NCBI GenBank assembly: GCA_025201805.1
Contig: MU619247.1
Span: 328,708 to 392,707, forward strand
Reading direction: 5' to 3'
Source: Parasitella parasitica NRRL 2501
Lineage: Eukaryota > Fungi > Mucoromycota
DNA length: 64,000 bases
In this document: piece by piece, positions 39,609-54,318 of the stretch
Layout of the letters: the number at the start of each line of letters is the position of its first letter
Position numbering within the stretch: position 1 is the first letter of the stretch
Position numbers and translations under genes: made by a program
The notes under the pieces: model-generated
The model's database searches: none
Told to the model about the DNA's origin: nothing
What the model saw: the letters and a program-made list of their open reading frames with translations, nothing else

Positions 39609-42550
39609 TGTTATGAATAAATAATAATAGAGTAGATGATGAGAAAGAGAAGAAGAAAAGGAAAAAAGGAACAACAGAATTAGTTTTAAGGGAAAAGGAA
39701 GGGGGTCTCCACTGTTTCTCCAAACAAAAAAGCGGGTAACTACGGAAAAGACTTGATCACCCGAAGTGCACTTTTACAATATCCGCAATGTGTCCATCAA
39801 CAGCATTGAATCATTGTGTACTCGATCTTTGTCGTGCTTAGCACGTAAACTAATGGATTTATGCGTTATTGGCAAAAAGGCGTAAAGCATTAAGGTTTTC
39901 TGTTGCTCTTGTGCATTCAAAAATAAAGAGACCTGATTCCTTAGACTTTCATGGCTGGTTGCTTTACAAGTCCGGGTTGTCCCGTTGTTATGTTTTTAGT
40001 CATTGATGCAGGGCACGCACAAACAGTAAAATGCAGGCTGATATGATGAACTTAAATATGTAATATGCTATTTATTGCTTGAGTTAAGATACTACCCTTT
40101 TGTATTCGTTTTGTTAAAGAAGTTTTTCCAACCATAAATTCATCCCGAATTAATGATGAATACTACTAGATTTCCGGATGCATGCGAGATACTGAAGTAA
40201 GCGCTACAAATTAATGGACTAGCTGGAACATTGGCAAAACATCTAGGTAAATTTTATTCACCCAAAATGAGGGGTTCTGCTTGTTTTTCATTTTACGGGC
40301 ATTTGCCTTGGCTTTCAAATCAACATTGAAGGCTAGGCATACATTACTCAGTTTTTAGCGGGAAAATCTAGTGTAAATGAAGGCTTTTATTAACCATCAA
40401 GCACCTTCAATCTATTGAGATTTTTGACAGATTTCCATCAATTGAGCTTCATTACGAACTTTTTGTACAATAATTAGAGGCCAAGTATCGATCTCGTATA
40501 TGTGATAATTCAGATGCTTGGGAAAAATTCAGAATATATAAACTTGTTGATGTATAAAAAAAAAATACACGCTCTATTTTATTTCAATTCATTGGGAGGG
40601 AGGGGATGCTCATGTTGCTTAAAAGTCAGCTCAAAGCATATGAAAATATTCCCACCTTTCACCATTAATGGTTACATGTTCCTGAATTTGCAATGCTTAA
40701 TAAACGTATATAATTTTGATTGATTTTGCAAAAATTGCATCACATAGGACGTTTGAAGATCTTTTTTTGATCTACATGCTATTTGGTTTTACTCATTATG
40801 CAATCTTTACAATGACAGGTTTGGAAAAATAAATCGTAATACTTTAAGAGTTGGACAAATTTCAAGTCAACGTCTACGATGTAGCCACTCCATTGAGCTA
40901 TTGTATAGCATAAAAATATATCACAGTACGTGTTGTTTTTTGCTTTATAAACAACTGGTAGGAGACATGTCAGCTAAATGCTGCTTGCTTTTCTTGTCTA
41001 ATTACGTTTACAAATACGCAACGTTTTTTTCCCAGGACGTTTTGGCAATCCATGTGAAGTTTACTATTCCTTTTTTTCAAAAAAAGATGCTGTGGGTTGC
41101 ACAAACCAAACAATTAAAATATGTTGTTTTGAGTAAACTGACTTTACGTGTATAAAATTTCCCCTGAAGTTGCTTCTCGTTGATCGTTGTCGCTGCAGCA
41201 AACGCAGTAATCATGACTAATGGCGAGGTTAATGAGAGCATTTTCAAAAACATCTTGACCATGCTTGCAAAGAAGTAATTCCAACTAATTTTTTCCAATA
41301 CAGCATTATTGGTCTGATCATCTCAACCAAAAGCTAGGAGGCAATGATTGATAACAGGGTCAAACTTGCAACAGAGAAAATTGTTAAAGCTTATAGAAAA
41401 AATATGCTGGTAAATGCAATCAAATATACAGCAACTAAACTATGTTTGCTGGACAAAAGCCCAAAGCCCAAAGCCAGATGCTTTTATTTTGAATATTTAA
41501 AATCATGTTATAATCAAAAAGTTGGACTCTTTGATCATTACTGTTAAACTTTGTACTTAGTAAATAAAATTTGACAGTTTCGATCAACGCAAACAATCAA
41601 GAAAATGAACAATTCATAATGTCGGTCAAAGCAGTAGACAAGGGAATGATTGCATAAGAACGCAGAAGGGCATGATTGGGTTGCACTAGTATGCAGAATC
41701 AGCTTAACAAACTACATAACCTTGGTGTTGAATTTTATCATTCCTGAAAATGCAAAAAGCGTTTTTTTAAGCATCTGATCAAAAAACCAAGTAAAAATTT
41801 ATCTGCTTGACATCAAACTGCATAGTTTTAATTAATTTACAGTTGTAAAAACTCAATATCATGTCCGGATGATATAAAATATCGTCATTTGATATACTTT
41901 TGGCAATCCCCATCATTAAAAGTGTGTACAATATGCTATGATATCAAGGAGCTATGTGGCTTCATGTGTTTTTTACATGGTTTTGAGGTTATGGTCCTCT
42001 ATGCGTTACAAACATTCATAAACACGAATTGTATTCCTTACATTAATCGAAGACGTTCAATTAAAAAGCTGGCCAAGTCGTAAATGATGAAAGTAGGAAA
42101 TTGGATCTTTTCCGCTTCTCGCACATTATCGGCTGCTGGCCCTTGCTATCAAAGATGATTGGTATGCCTATAATATGAAAATGAAGCACACAATCGGTAA
42201 TGGTAGATAATAGTCCTAATTCACGACCTTGCTTTGCATAATCAACTAGAAATACAAATGTATGAAGTTTTTGCTGCACTAGGCTCAATAATTTAGAGCT
42301 ATGTACAGATTATTAGGTTGATAATATAAGTGATCTATACCAAATGGCTATTACAAGATTAAGAGCTCTTCTTCAATCAGAGACACCTCTCTTCAAAGAG
42401 ATAATTGAGCGATTTTATGTTGTGCAAACTGTATAATGTAACTCCTTCTGCTAATGTATTCCAATGCAAGGCTTGTGATGTATCTCCTTGTCCCATAAGA
42501 ACTATTAAGCTATTGTCACATCTCTATATGCTGTCTCTTTTTTTTTTTTT

Positions 42551-42955
42551 NNNNNNNNNNNNNNNNNNNNNNNNNNNNNNNNNNNNNNNNNNNNNNNNNN
42601 NNNNNNNNNNNNNNNNNNNNNNNNNNNNNNNNNNNNNNNNNNNNNNNNNNNNNNNNNNNNNNNNNNNNNNNNNNNNNNNNNNNNNNNNNNNNNNNNNNNN
42701 NNNNNNNNNNNNNNNNNNNNNNNNNNNNNNNNNNNNNNNNNNNNNNNNNNNNNNNNNNNNNNNNNNNNNNNNNNNNNNNNNNNNNNNNNNNNNNNNNNNN
42801 NNNNNNNNNNNNNNNNNNNNNNNNNNNNNNNNNNNNNNNNNNNNNNNNNNNNNNNNNNNNNNNNNNNNNNNNNNNNNNNNNNNNNNNNNNNNNNNNNNNN
42901 NNNNNNNNNNNNNNNNNNNNNNNNNNNNNNNNNNNNNNNNNNNNNNNNNNNNNNN
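42551..42955. other. Assembly gap (405 N)
   Basis: Run of N following a poly-T tract. Confidence 1.
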
Positions 42956-43080
42956 TTATGTTGTTGTAAAAAGTATAAATAGCAGATGCAAAGTTGAATC
43001 TTTAATAAAGTAATCTCAAGTTTTCGTATCTCGTTAATTCAACGTTTTATATTATACTTTTCTTATTTCGATCTTGCAGA

Positions 43081-44576
43081 TCTCAACAATTGTGATTTTC
43101 GATACGCAATCTACGGTTGTAAGAAACAGTCGTTTATAACATAGTGTATATAGCGACAACAGCTACAACAGCTATTCTCTGCGTGGTCTGCGGCATCACA
43201 TTATACACTCGACTAGTTCACCGAAACGAAGTGATATTCGAAATCAAAGACGGATTTCTTCGGCTTAAGCTTATAGAGTCGGTACTTTTTTGTTGTACTA
43301 TATTTAATCTTGGAAAGTCTGCTTCTTATACTGTTCATAAATGTAATGAATAGCTAGATCTCAATATTGTATATTCAAATAGTGCGGACGATTCGTTTTA
43401 TAATTATGGTAACTGGTGCCATTAACAACTCAATTTTCAGATCATGTAAGGCTCATTTATACCACTTATAACCATGGAGGTCTTTGATCATCGATAATTA
43501 TCTGCTCAAGTCCTATTCGAGTTTAGCTTCTTGTTAGGCTACACAAGCTATTCATGTTACTTGTTTGGGATAGCATATACACTGTCAGAGTTGGGTGCTA
43601 TAAATCAACTCATTGTTTCTATGAACACTAGGCTTTGCTGTCAAATTGAGCAGCCAATTGATTTATAACAGTTGGGTAAAGTCACACGGTGTAACCAATA
43701 TGCTTTGCTTGATAAATATCGTATTTCCATTTATAACCAACTTAAGCTATGCCGTTGCTGTTGGTATCTACGCAGCCTGAGGAAATAACGATGTGGCGTC
43801 CAAATTAACCATGGTTTAGTACAGTCTTTGAACATTTTTTTGCTGCTTCTTGAATACTTACAGGTATCCGCTTAATTCGCTTATTAAATAAGCATTTACA
43901 AGGGCAATCAGATATATGCAGCGTCAAGAAGGTTAAAACCGGCGTCTTGAAGGCCAAAATCATTGTCGTCGTAGACTCATGCTGTATGGTTATGTACGCA
44001 TTTCTTGTCGCGTTATACTGCGAATCTCGTGCTACTATCATAGCAAGCCGTGTACACAATTTGCTTTTCGGATCTGTTTGACTGATCGCTGACCCAATTG
44101 TCTCCTTTCTGGTGGCAGTGGCAATATTTATGAAGTATGCACTCTCTGACTTTGTGTTAGTTTAGCATGGTTTTTAATTCACTATTCTTGCTATACAGCT
44201 CTGAATCTGCAACGCAATTGAGTAGCTTTTCTTTTGGGTCATCCTCTGGCTCCCAAAATTCACACGATCAACGCAATGGCGACATCACAAATAATAGCGA
44301 TAGATTGACAATCTTTGAATTGGGTCCAATGTCCAAATACATATCTACCAAAAATCACTTTATCAAAAGCTCCACTCAATCAGAAGAAGATAATCGTTTC
44401 TCCTTCAGTATAGCCAAAGTCCTAAAAACTTCATGAATAATTTACTATTAGAAGAGACAGATAGCAACAGCGTCAGTAACGATGAGGATGGATCTAGATT
44501 CAGTAGGGTAGAACAAGAGCAACAAAAGTACAATGCCACAACAGGCAGAGTGGATTCGCCTACCTCTCCCTCTTGA
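43081..44576 (+). pseudogene. Pseudogene of a multi-pass, possibly 7TM receptor-like, membrane protein
   Basis: Exon-like pieces read CDFRYAIYGC...VYIATTATTAILCVVCGITLYTRL...IFRS..LFEFSFLLGYTSYSCYLFGIAYTL...LCLINIVFPFITN...GIRLIRLL...KAKIIVVV...YAFLVALY...PIVSFLVAVAIF, then a Ser-rich tail. In-frame stops at 43778, 43817, 43829 and 44079. Confidence 0.65.
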
Positions 44577-45011
44577 GCAAATGCTGTTAACAGCCCCAAT
44601 AACAGCGCATTATAACCCTCTTTATTTTTTAATTATCGTGGTCGCCCCTTGTGCACGAGATGGCCAACATATAACACACAGCTTCTAAGTCTGACAACAG
44701 CTTCTTAACAGTGAAAAATACAAGTGCCAAAATCCATTCTAAAGATTAACATTGTTTTTGTTTTTTTCAAAAGATGTTTGCTTCTAAAGGTACAATGAGT
44801 TTGTCATAAAATGTAATCACGATTTGTAGTAAGTAATACAATGCAACGCTAGAGGCTAATGCGCATGATTACAATAAGGTACCTGCAGAAGGACGTAAAT
44901 GAAACGCAGTCGAATAAGAGTACTTGTGTGTCATATGTGGCTTGTATATATTCGATATAAGTCTTCCAGCTTTTTGTTTTTCCTCTTTTTCGCTTAAATT
45001 TATAACAAGAA

Positions 45012-47027
45012 ATGGCTACTGATATAGCACAAGCTACTGAAAAGCTTACTATTGCTGAAAGTACGTATTTTTCTCTCATCTGCAGGACAGATGATTGAAA
45101 TTACACGTCAAACATGCATATTAACATTTGATTTTCATAGCCATCTTTGTCGACGAAGTTGCCGGTTGCGACACCAATGGTAACGGTACTGAATCTGCAC
45201 CTTTCAAATCTACCATCAAGGCTCTTGAAGCCAAGGGAGACAACATTAAAATTCAAATTAAAAAAGACGCTGAAGGGTATAAGGATGTTTCTGGCGCTGC
45301 TCTGAAAAAGGCTAAAAAGTCGCTCGCTGAACAACAAAAGAAGGCCAAGAAGTTCGAGGAGCAAAAGCTCAAGCAAAGTGCTGATTTGCAAAAGAAGAAA
45401 GAGGACGAAAACAAAGCTCTCGAGTATGCCAAATCTATTGTTCTTACTGAGGACAAGTCTCTCCCCGAGGCTCAAAAAGTAAACGAAATATGCTAAATGG
45501 GTTAGGATGGGATCGTTTTACTAATTTACCTGCTCGACACAATAGATCAAGATTCGTCAATCCGTTGCCAGCAGAGGTAAGCGTGTCAAGGTTTCTGGTT
45601 GGGTTCATCGTCTCCGTGTTCAAGGCAAGGACATGATGTTTATCGTTCTTCGTGATGGTTCCGGTTATCTGCAATGTGTTTTGACCGGTAAATTGGTAAG
45701 TTTGGCAGAGTAGCTCTAGCTAGATGTGTTAAAGTTATTTCATAGTGCCACTCTTTGGACGCTATTACCCTCGCTAATGAATCCACCATCACTGTTTGGG
45801 GTGTCATCAACGAGCTTCCTGAGGGTAAGACTGCCCCTGACCAACATGAGTTGGTAGCCGATTACTGGGAGATTGTCGGTAAGGCACCTAGTGGTGATGA
45901 TGCCTTTAACAACAAGGTTACTCCTGACGCTGAGCCTTCCTATCTTTTGGATAACCGTCATCTCGTTCTTCGTGGTGAAACTGCCTCTGCTGTCCTCAGA
46001 GCCCGAGCTGAAGTTATCAAGGCTTTCCGTGCTTTCTATGATGAGGAGCACTTTACTGAAGTTACGCCTCCTTGTATGGTGCAAACCCAAGTCGAAGGTG
46101 GCTCTACCTTGTTTGCCTTCAACTACTATGGTGAGAACGTAAGTTTTGTGGTTCTGTTTTTTGCAGTGAAAATGTCATGGTATACTGACAAAGTTGGGTA
46201 TAGGCTTATTTGACCCAATCTTCTCAACTTTACCTCGAGACCTGTCTCCCCTCACTTGGCGACGTCTTTTGTCTTGCTGAATCTTACCGTGCTGAAAAGT
46301 CTCATACTCGTAGACATCTATCTGAATACTCTCACTTGGAGGCCGAAATGGCTTTCATTGAGTTTGATGACTTGTTGGACCATCTTGAGAATATGATGTG
46401 TTTTGTCATTGATCGTGTATTGGCTGACGAGGAAACCTCCAAACTGGTCAAACAATTGAACCCTGATTTCAAGAAACCTCAGCGTCCCTTCCTTCGTATG
46501 AAGTATGAAGAAGCTATTACCTATTTGAAGGAAAACGGAATCAAGAAGGAGGATGGTTCTTATTATCAGTTCGGTGAAGACATTCCTGAAGCCCCTGAAC
46601 GTGCCATGACTGATAAGATTGGTCGTCCTATTTTCCTTACTCATTTCCCTGCTGAAATCAAGGCATTCTACATGCAAAAGGTTCCTTCCGATAGACGTGT
46701 CACTGAAAGCGTTGACGTTTTGATGCCTGGTGTTGGTGAAATTGTTGGTGGTAGTATGAGAATGGACAACAGAGTACGTTTTAAAAGTGATTGCAATGGT
46801 ATTTAGATGCTGACCTTATGTATTAGGAGGAATTATTGGAAGCATACGGTACTGCCGGCATTGACCCTGCCCCTTACTACTGGTACACTGATCAACGTAA
46901 GTATGGTACTACTCCCCATGGTGGCTACGGTCTTGGTGTTGAGCGTTTCCTCGCTTGGCTGCTCAACCGTTATACTGTTCGTGATTGCAGTCTCTATCCT
47001 CGTTTCACTGGTAGATGTACTCCTTAA
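45012..47027 (+). CDS. DED81: Cytosolic asparaginyl-tRNA synthetase
   Basis: [88 protein letters not shown]; first intron 45061-45140. Confidence 0.97.
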
Positions 47028-48640
47028 ATGTAAATTAGATTTCATTAGCATTTATACACGGTAATACATATAATAAAAATATAATATTCCAAGAACACGA
47101 TCTTTGTATAAACGACTCCAAATCAAGTACCTGATGCCGCATGGTCCACAGAAAAAGCATAAATATTTTAGAGTTTATCAGCACCAACATTCAAGGCTGC
47201 GGATCCAAGATACCATGCGCACATTTTGGAACTGTAGGATTTTGATATCAATGCAAAATACTTTTTACAGTTTTGTATACAATTTTGCGGGTGCTGATGA
47301 TATTTTGCTCTTTTTACTTGCGGGATAAAAAACCTCCCTTCTTATGGAACCTGTCCGATCACTTTAATAACTATTTGTGGACAGCAGTATAATCCCATCC
47401 GAGAAGCTAGAGAGAGGAAGAGGAGCAGGGGAAGGTACATTCAATATTAGGGGTTAATACAAATGTCATGGAATACTTTAGATCATTTTTCGTCATGAAA
47501 TTGCGTGCAGATTTCGAGTTTTTCAATGGCATCACAAGTCGAACCAATCGATCGGAATTGACTGTGTGTAAAGATGATCCTGTTGAAGGCATCTTGGATA
47601 AATTTTACTCAGTATGCCCATAATGTTTACAAGCGCAATAAATAAATGGCAGCAGTTCACATAGAAGCTAGTAGAAACTTATTGTCATTCCCTTAGATGG
47701 CATCGTACCATTTAGCAACAAGTTAGGTTGACGATTGACGAGAGTATGATGTATTGCCATTCACCTTTTCACTAGCTCCATCTTCTTCTATATAAAGAGA
47801 TGATTTCAATAGGTACCTCTTCTGCTTCTCTCTTTTGCTTGCCCTTTTTATTCTATACACTTCCACATATACAAATCAAGTATGCCGCCCCTCCCCAGTC
47901 CTCCTTGATAAATACACTTTGGAATAAACTTCATTTCCTGATACATTGATCAATGCTTCAAGTCCAAAAAGTTTAATTTACAGAAATCTCCTATGTCGAT
48001 TTCGTGTAGCAAAAATCAGAAACAGCTTAGTGGTCCAATTTTGGTCGTTGCACACGTCCATATGTAAAATCTCAATATTTCAGTTGCCAGGCCTGGACTA
48101 GTAATGGACACTAACGATTTTAAAACATTATAGAAGAATTAAGAAGATTATTTGGGTGGGACAATCAAGGAGTGGATTAAGGAGTGATCAAAGAAAAAAG
48201 TGGAGACAAAAGGCATGCTGCACCAATCTTATCAGTTTAGAATGCTATAGTTCAGATCGAGTAATATTATGCTTTTTTATTTGTTGGTGCGTACATGAAA
48301 ATCATAATTTTGAGACACTTGTCAGCTCAAGTAGAGCCGATCAGCGAATAACAAGTCTTAACGCACAGGGGCAGTATTTTTATATGTCTAAATGGAATCC
48401 CCCCTTCTAAAAAAAAGATTGCTTTCAACTGTACACGCACGAATATGTTTGATATTTTGCTCCGTTTTCTTGTCTCTTTAATATGTTTAGATTTATGTTC
48501 TCATAATGCGAATTATCCCCACCTCCACCCCCAAATGAATCGTATTTTGTGCAACATGAACACAGCTATAAATTTGTTCTGATCTGCGATGATTTGCAAT
48601 TATATATCTTTTCCTCTTCTCTTTGCCTACAATTAATCAT

Positions 48641-49297
48641 ATGTCTTCCATGTTTTGTCAGCCTCAAGCACAGTCGTTCCCTAGAAAAAAATCATCCACA
48701 TCGTCATCTTCTTCAAATAGCAGAAGGAGGTACAAGTGTCCTATGTGTTCAAAGTCATTTTTTCGCTTAGAACATCGCACAAGACACATCAGAATCCACA
48801 CTGGTGAAAAACCTCACCACTGTACACAGCTAGGTTGCAGCAAGCGATTCTCTCGTTCTGATGAATTGATTCGCCATGTTAGAACGCATGAGCCTCTTTA
48901 TGACGTTGATCACGAACAAGATGCCTCCACGGTTGAGCAGCAGACCGGCATGTCAAACCCTTCCGAATTAAAACATTTCCCTGTCTATCGATCTCAAGGA
49001 ACGATACCCAATTCATCGCAGCACATCAAACTGCCTCCATTAGGGTCATTCCCCTCCGTTAAGCCACAGCCACTTGAGTGCAATCTTTATTATGATAAGC
49101 CGGTGGTATCCTTGTGTCTCAAGCCTATGCAATCTCTTTTTGAATACAAATACTTGTTCATGAACACCAGTAACCAAAGCTATACTAGCCGTACTTGCGC
49201 TGCTTCTGTTCCTCAGTTTACAAGGCATCATCAATTCAAACCTACTTTGGTAGAAAAGCCCCAATCACTACCGTCTATCCGTTCATTATTACTATAA
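48641..49297 (+). CDS. Two-finger C2H2 transcription factor (CreA/Mig1-like DNA-binding domain)
   Basis: [53 protein letters not shown]; LPPL and LPSIRSLL motifs. Confidence 0.9.
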   Translation: MSSMFCQPQAQSFPRKKSSTSSSSSNSRRRYKCPMCSKSFFRLEHRTRHIRIHTGEKPHHCTQLGCSKRFSRSDELIRHVRTHEPLYDVDHEQDASTVEQQTGMSNPSELKHFPVYRSQGTIPNSSQHIKLPPLGSFPSVKPQPLECNLYYDKPVVSLCLKPMQSLFEYKYLFMNTSNQSYTSRTCAASVPQFTRHHQFKPTLVEKPQSLPSIRSLLL

Positions 49298-49335
49298 CGT
49301 TTTAAGCTTTTCTTTTATATACGTACATATAACTC

Positions 49336-49396
49336 ATACATACACACATTCATACATACATACATTCATACATACATACATTCATAAATACATACA

Positions 49397-49427
<31 letters not shown>

Positions 49428-49443
49428 TTACACACACATACAC
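49336..49443. repeat. Imperfect (CATA)n microsatellite downstream of the C2H2 gene
   Basis: Tandem cata/taca units directly visible. Confidence 0.9.
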
Positions 49444-52400
49444 AGAATTATTTACAAGCGCATTATACCCCCCTCCTCCTTATTTACATGTTGTCCTTCC
49501 TTTTTATAAAAATAAACATATATAGATACATACTTAACAAACAGATCTGAAAGCACCTTATGAATTGTGAATGAGGAGAATTGAAAAACCTATCTACCAA
49601 ACTCATAGTGTTCGCTTGAACAATTATCTAGTAAGATCAGTTGTATTAAACTCTAAAAACAGGAGAGAACATCGTATAGCGTGACAGATATCGCTTCCAC
49701 CGATAATGTAAAAACCTATTTCCTGAAAAATCTAGTTTTGTCAAACATCTGTGCAATTCTACCATTTTTAATCTAGTTTAGCTAGAGTAGTAATTATAGC
49801 ATCGACAGTTTACATTACCGATAGCGTATTTATCATAATGGCTTTTGTTTCCTTTCACGTATTTATAACTGTGATGCACAAGTAAATGTATCGTAAAAGT
49901 TTAATTTTTCTAATGTAAATTATAATCGCACATTTTTGTCGGATTTTTATAAGTATCACTCACATGTAGTCGTGTTAACGAATAAATCCAACATATTGTA
50001 AAATCGGTTGACCAATGCCTAAGGGGGAAACTAAGACAAAAAGAAAAAGGGGCTGATGCCAATATTATGGCATTTTTCCATTAAAAGGCTGAAATTCACA
50101 TATTAAAATCAAGGGGAAAAAATACAAGAGTTTAAAAATAAAGGGACAAGAACTATCAACATTATACAAATGATCTCATCTTTCCACGATCTTTTACAGC
50201 TAAAATCATTCGAAGAAAAACTTCATTTTGGTTATTTGTTTACCATCAATCTGAATAATTGCCCTTCTGGATAAGTTGAAAAGTATGTACATTCATTTAT
50301 TTGTATATATTACTAAACAGCTGATTCGATATATGCATTACATGCAACAGCTCTGCTACTCTTGTATCTTATATAATAGATGTATCAGTCTAACTATTTA
50401 TATTTTATTTATGTATTATTGGTTGTTGCACATATCTATTTAAACTGGTTTAGCATGATATTGTATATTGAATCAGCAAATTTTGTCGTACTGAAAGCAT
50501 GCAGAAATGCGTGCATTAAAAAAAGTATCTACTAAATCATTTCTAATCCCATCAATTACGCGCTGCCAGTTTACCTGCTTTTCAAGAGATCCTTATTACA
50601 AGTGGCTATTATAATTACATGAAACCCTGTATCATTAGCACAATATTCCAACCTATACCTGAGTGATTTTTCTCTCGGGCTTCGAGGAGTACATTTGGAA
50701 CTTTATGCAACAAATGTTGGGGTAAATGAGATAATATAGTAGAAAGTAGGTATCCTTTTATTTACCTCCCCCCCCCCTCCCCTATGTAGAAATCGAAAAG
50801 TATATCAACGCCCTGGCAATTCCCATGTTCTAAAATTAAAGCGAGAGGAAAAAAAAAGAGCTAATGTACGCATCGTTAACAAGTCAAGACTTGCTATCAC
50901 ATACTTTCAACACAAAACTGAAGATTTGTTTTGGTATGCGTTGCAAAGTTAATTTGGGAGCAGGCTATATTGTACTAATACATCTTTTTGTACAGAAACT
51001 CAGAATCACGAAAGCAATATTTTGTTTATTAGCATCATCCCAATGTGTAGTATGATATAAGTTTTGGATATTTTGTCTTACAAAAGATATAAAAAATTTA
51101 CAGGCGCAACAGTTGCTCTAAGAGCTATACAGCTAACAAGGGCCAGCATAGCGAGACCATATTTATACAAAATGTTCATTATTGGATGCAGTCGTCATAT
51201 GGTTGGTGATTGTTTAAACAATCGGATGTCATGGCGCTATGCAGTCATACATCGTCTACTTGGTTTACATGCGTAAGTAGTATTTTATCGAAATTGTCGT
51301 AATTCATGGTCGGAAACGTCATAACTATTGACTCAAATGAAGTTCGATTGCCCTTTTTTTTGTCAGTAGCAGTAAGTGGTTGTTATCATATAAGCAACAA
51401 TGTCTTTAAGGCGACTAGGCTTTATAGAGATAAGTAACTACAAACCATTTAATTTCACTCTGCTTGATGACGGTTTCTCCCTATTAGATCTTAATTCAGT
51501 AAATTCCTCTTAATGCATTTAAGCAATGTCTTCTCTCTAAACCATTCCGATTCAAGCAACACCTAAAAATTGAATTCAGGAATCTAAAAAGCAAGAGTTA
51601 TCGATTCGGTATCATAAATTATGATTTAGCAAGTCTGTTAATGATATATTTTGCGTATATGAATAAATAAATTATATCAATAGCGAATTTATTTCGAGTC
51701 ATTTCATGATAGAATCTATTTCCTGCCAATTTAGCCATTTGTGCGTAGTGCTTATTTTAATAAAATATATTTGAATAGGTTTTTAAGAAATTAAAATATT
51801 CAAGATAGTTGCCATTTTCACGCTTCGCTTTTTAGTTCAACGCTATCTATCAACATACCATAATGTATACTGTACTTACAAATAGTGACTAGGGAGAAAA
51901 GATAAAAAATCGTGATGATATCTCGACGACAATGATAGATATTGGAATTCGAAAAACATAATAAGATACAGTCATCGCACTTGCCGTATCAATTTTAAAA
52001 CCGGATGTCAATGTCCTGAAGTGACAGAACTTCCCACAAAAGAGTAATTGAATGTCATCTTTTACGGAGCTACCTTAGAGATTCCAAATCAAGCTAATAA
52101 ACAAATTACCTAAAAATCTAATCGTGAAACCACGAAGCATCCATAATCAATTAAGAACCAACTAAAAGAAATCGAACCACAAACCACATTTGGAACGCAT
52201 AGACCAATGTAAGGTTTGGTCCATGCATGTCATTTACAAATGTGTCAGAAACATCGATATTAGAATACCGTACTTGATTATGTAAAATCAAATACAGATA
52301 AAATTGAACTTGGTCCGACTGACAGTTACGGCATAACTGACAGACAGACCGCTTACGACAACGAATATAAATAGTGTAGAAATGTCTAACCTTTGCACGT

Positions 52401-52665
52401 TATCCTATTTCAAAAAGAAAGAAGGAATTCGATTGTATCTATTGCTTTCTTTACACTTTTTACTACAGGGCAAGTAAGCTTTCTAAAATGCTAGGAGAAT
52501 TCCACGATGAGTGCGAGATGAAATACTTGGATTTGTTGACCACTTTTGTTGAAAGACAAGAAAAATCTGGATTTGGTGATACAAATCAATACAAGAATGT
52601 TCAATATTCGACTTTTGAAGTCAAAGACAAGCATGCTGACTCCGTTCCATCAGGAGGGTACCTCA

Positions 52666-52876
52666 TGTTATATCAATAACACGGCAAGGTCTCACATCAG
52701 GATCTCAGATCAGTCCCATGGTCTTACAGTAAATCATGGGTAGTCATGATTTACATTATGCAGCTAGACAGTAGAACCCTAGTGTAATGAATGTGTATAT
52801 AATACATCGAGAGATGTATTATGAATAAAGGTGTAATTCTTTGGCAGATTTATTTTATCAGACTTTTGACATAACA
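52666..52876 (+). mobile_element. Solo LTR, family A, copy 1 (211 bp)
   Basis: TGTTAT...ATAACA termini; 5-bp TSD CCTCA (52661-65 / 52877-81); near-identical inverted copy at 61479-61689. Confidence 0.92.
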
Positions 52877-52993
52877 CCTCACATACGTACTGTATATTGT
52901 TCAATGATTCAAGATACGAGGCCCCTAATGGACCATATAATTTCCTTGTTAGATGGTGTTGTCTTGAAGGCTGACCACTCATTCAAGGTTATC

Positions 52994-53402
52994 TGTTGGG
53001 TTAAAAAGATAATAAAAACCAAATATTAACGAGATACGAAAACTTAAAGATACTTTATTTAAGATCGAAATTGCATCTGCTATTTATACTTTTTACAACT
53101 ACATAAATTTATGGTGACTTATTTAGATTACTAATTAACAAGACTAATTCACAGTGACAATCTACTTGACAGGGTACGATATGAGGTTATACAGCAAGGG
53201 CTACACGTCTTTGATCTGACAGAGCCTTAACCTTTATCCTGGTGCTCAGATCTGTGTTACTTACAGGAATAACCTTCTTGATTTGAAACAGAGACTTTAT
53301 TCTCCAATTTACACAAGCGTATCACATCACATCATTGGACAATCTTCAATCTTCAATTGAAGTACATTGCCATGATCTCCTGTCTATAATTATGGCAGAT
53401 CA
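52994..53402 (-). mobile_element. Solo LTR B (409 bp)
   Basis: TG...CA with 5-bp TSD TTATC; excision restores host FKVI-DHI in frame. Confidence 0.85.
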
Positions 53403-53718
53403 TTATCGATCATATTGAAAATTTGAACGAAATGCCAATATTCACTGCTCTATATACAGCCTGTAACAAATACGAAGAAATGAGGTGTCAATTCCATGTG
53501 GCGACTAAGCATCATAGTCAACTAAATCCAATTTACGCTGGTTAGGTTGCTCCATATAAGTATTATAGGAATCAATTACCAAAGTTTGTTTTCATAAACA
53601 ATGTTGGTGGTGATCAGGCATTTTTAGACTCCACGATTCCAACTTTGAAATATAACGCAACTCACATTTCAAGGAATAATGTTAATTCAACGCTTTCGAC
53701 TGAACCTACATATACCAC

Positions 53719-54041
53719 TGATATGTACGAACAGTTGCTACACAAGAATGCATAAATCATAAATTGACAGATAGTACGTTTGCCGACTGTAAAAACAAAG
53801 AGATACTATTCAATAATATAATAAATTCGTGTAAAAGGACTAGTAGTTCTCTGTAGTATAAATAAATATACACTAGAGAGGAATGTATGCAAAATAATGT
53901 AAAGTTAAGTTTACGAGAGAAAAAGGTGTTTATTATCAATGTTGACATATGCAAAGCATATGCAACCTGCAGTAAGATCGATCAATTACCATATAAAGAT
54001 GTGTAACCAAAAATGTACAGAACAGCTACTTGCACATATCA
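53719..54041. mobile_element. Solo LTR C (323 bp)
   Basis: TGATATGT...ACATATCA inverted termini; 4-bp TSD CCAC; excision restores host EPTYTTISH in frame. Confidence 0.85.
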
Positions 54042-54318
54042 CCACCATTAGCCATTCACACGCAATAGATGAAGATATTGAGATATCTCTAAGCTTTACA
54101 GCTTCAACGCTTTCAACAAGCAACTCAACTAGCACCGCAAAATTGCAAGAATACACATTGCCTGAGGATGTGCGTTGCCATGTTTTGAAAACTATCACTG
54201 ATATTGATACTACCATCAATGATTTTTTGCGACTGACTCTCAATAGCAGAATTTTTGTTGCTTTTTATTGTCAATGGTGTTTCAATCGTTGGCCCTGAGT
54301 GTCTTTGATCAAAGTTGC

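Noticed and set aside
40900-42300. Possible eroded coding or TE remnant in the long region upstream of LSC2
   Set aside because: Only scattered short frames; no motif I can name with confidence.
42405-43013. 202-aa ORF full of X
   Set aside because: Artefact of translating through the N gap.
47407-47640. Short - strand frames vaguely resembling a retroelement RT
   Set aside because: Similarity too weak to support.
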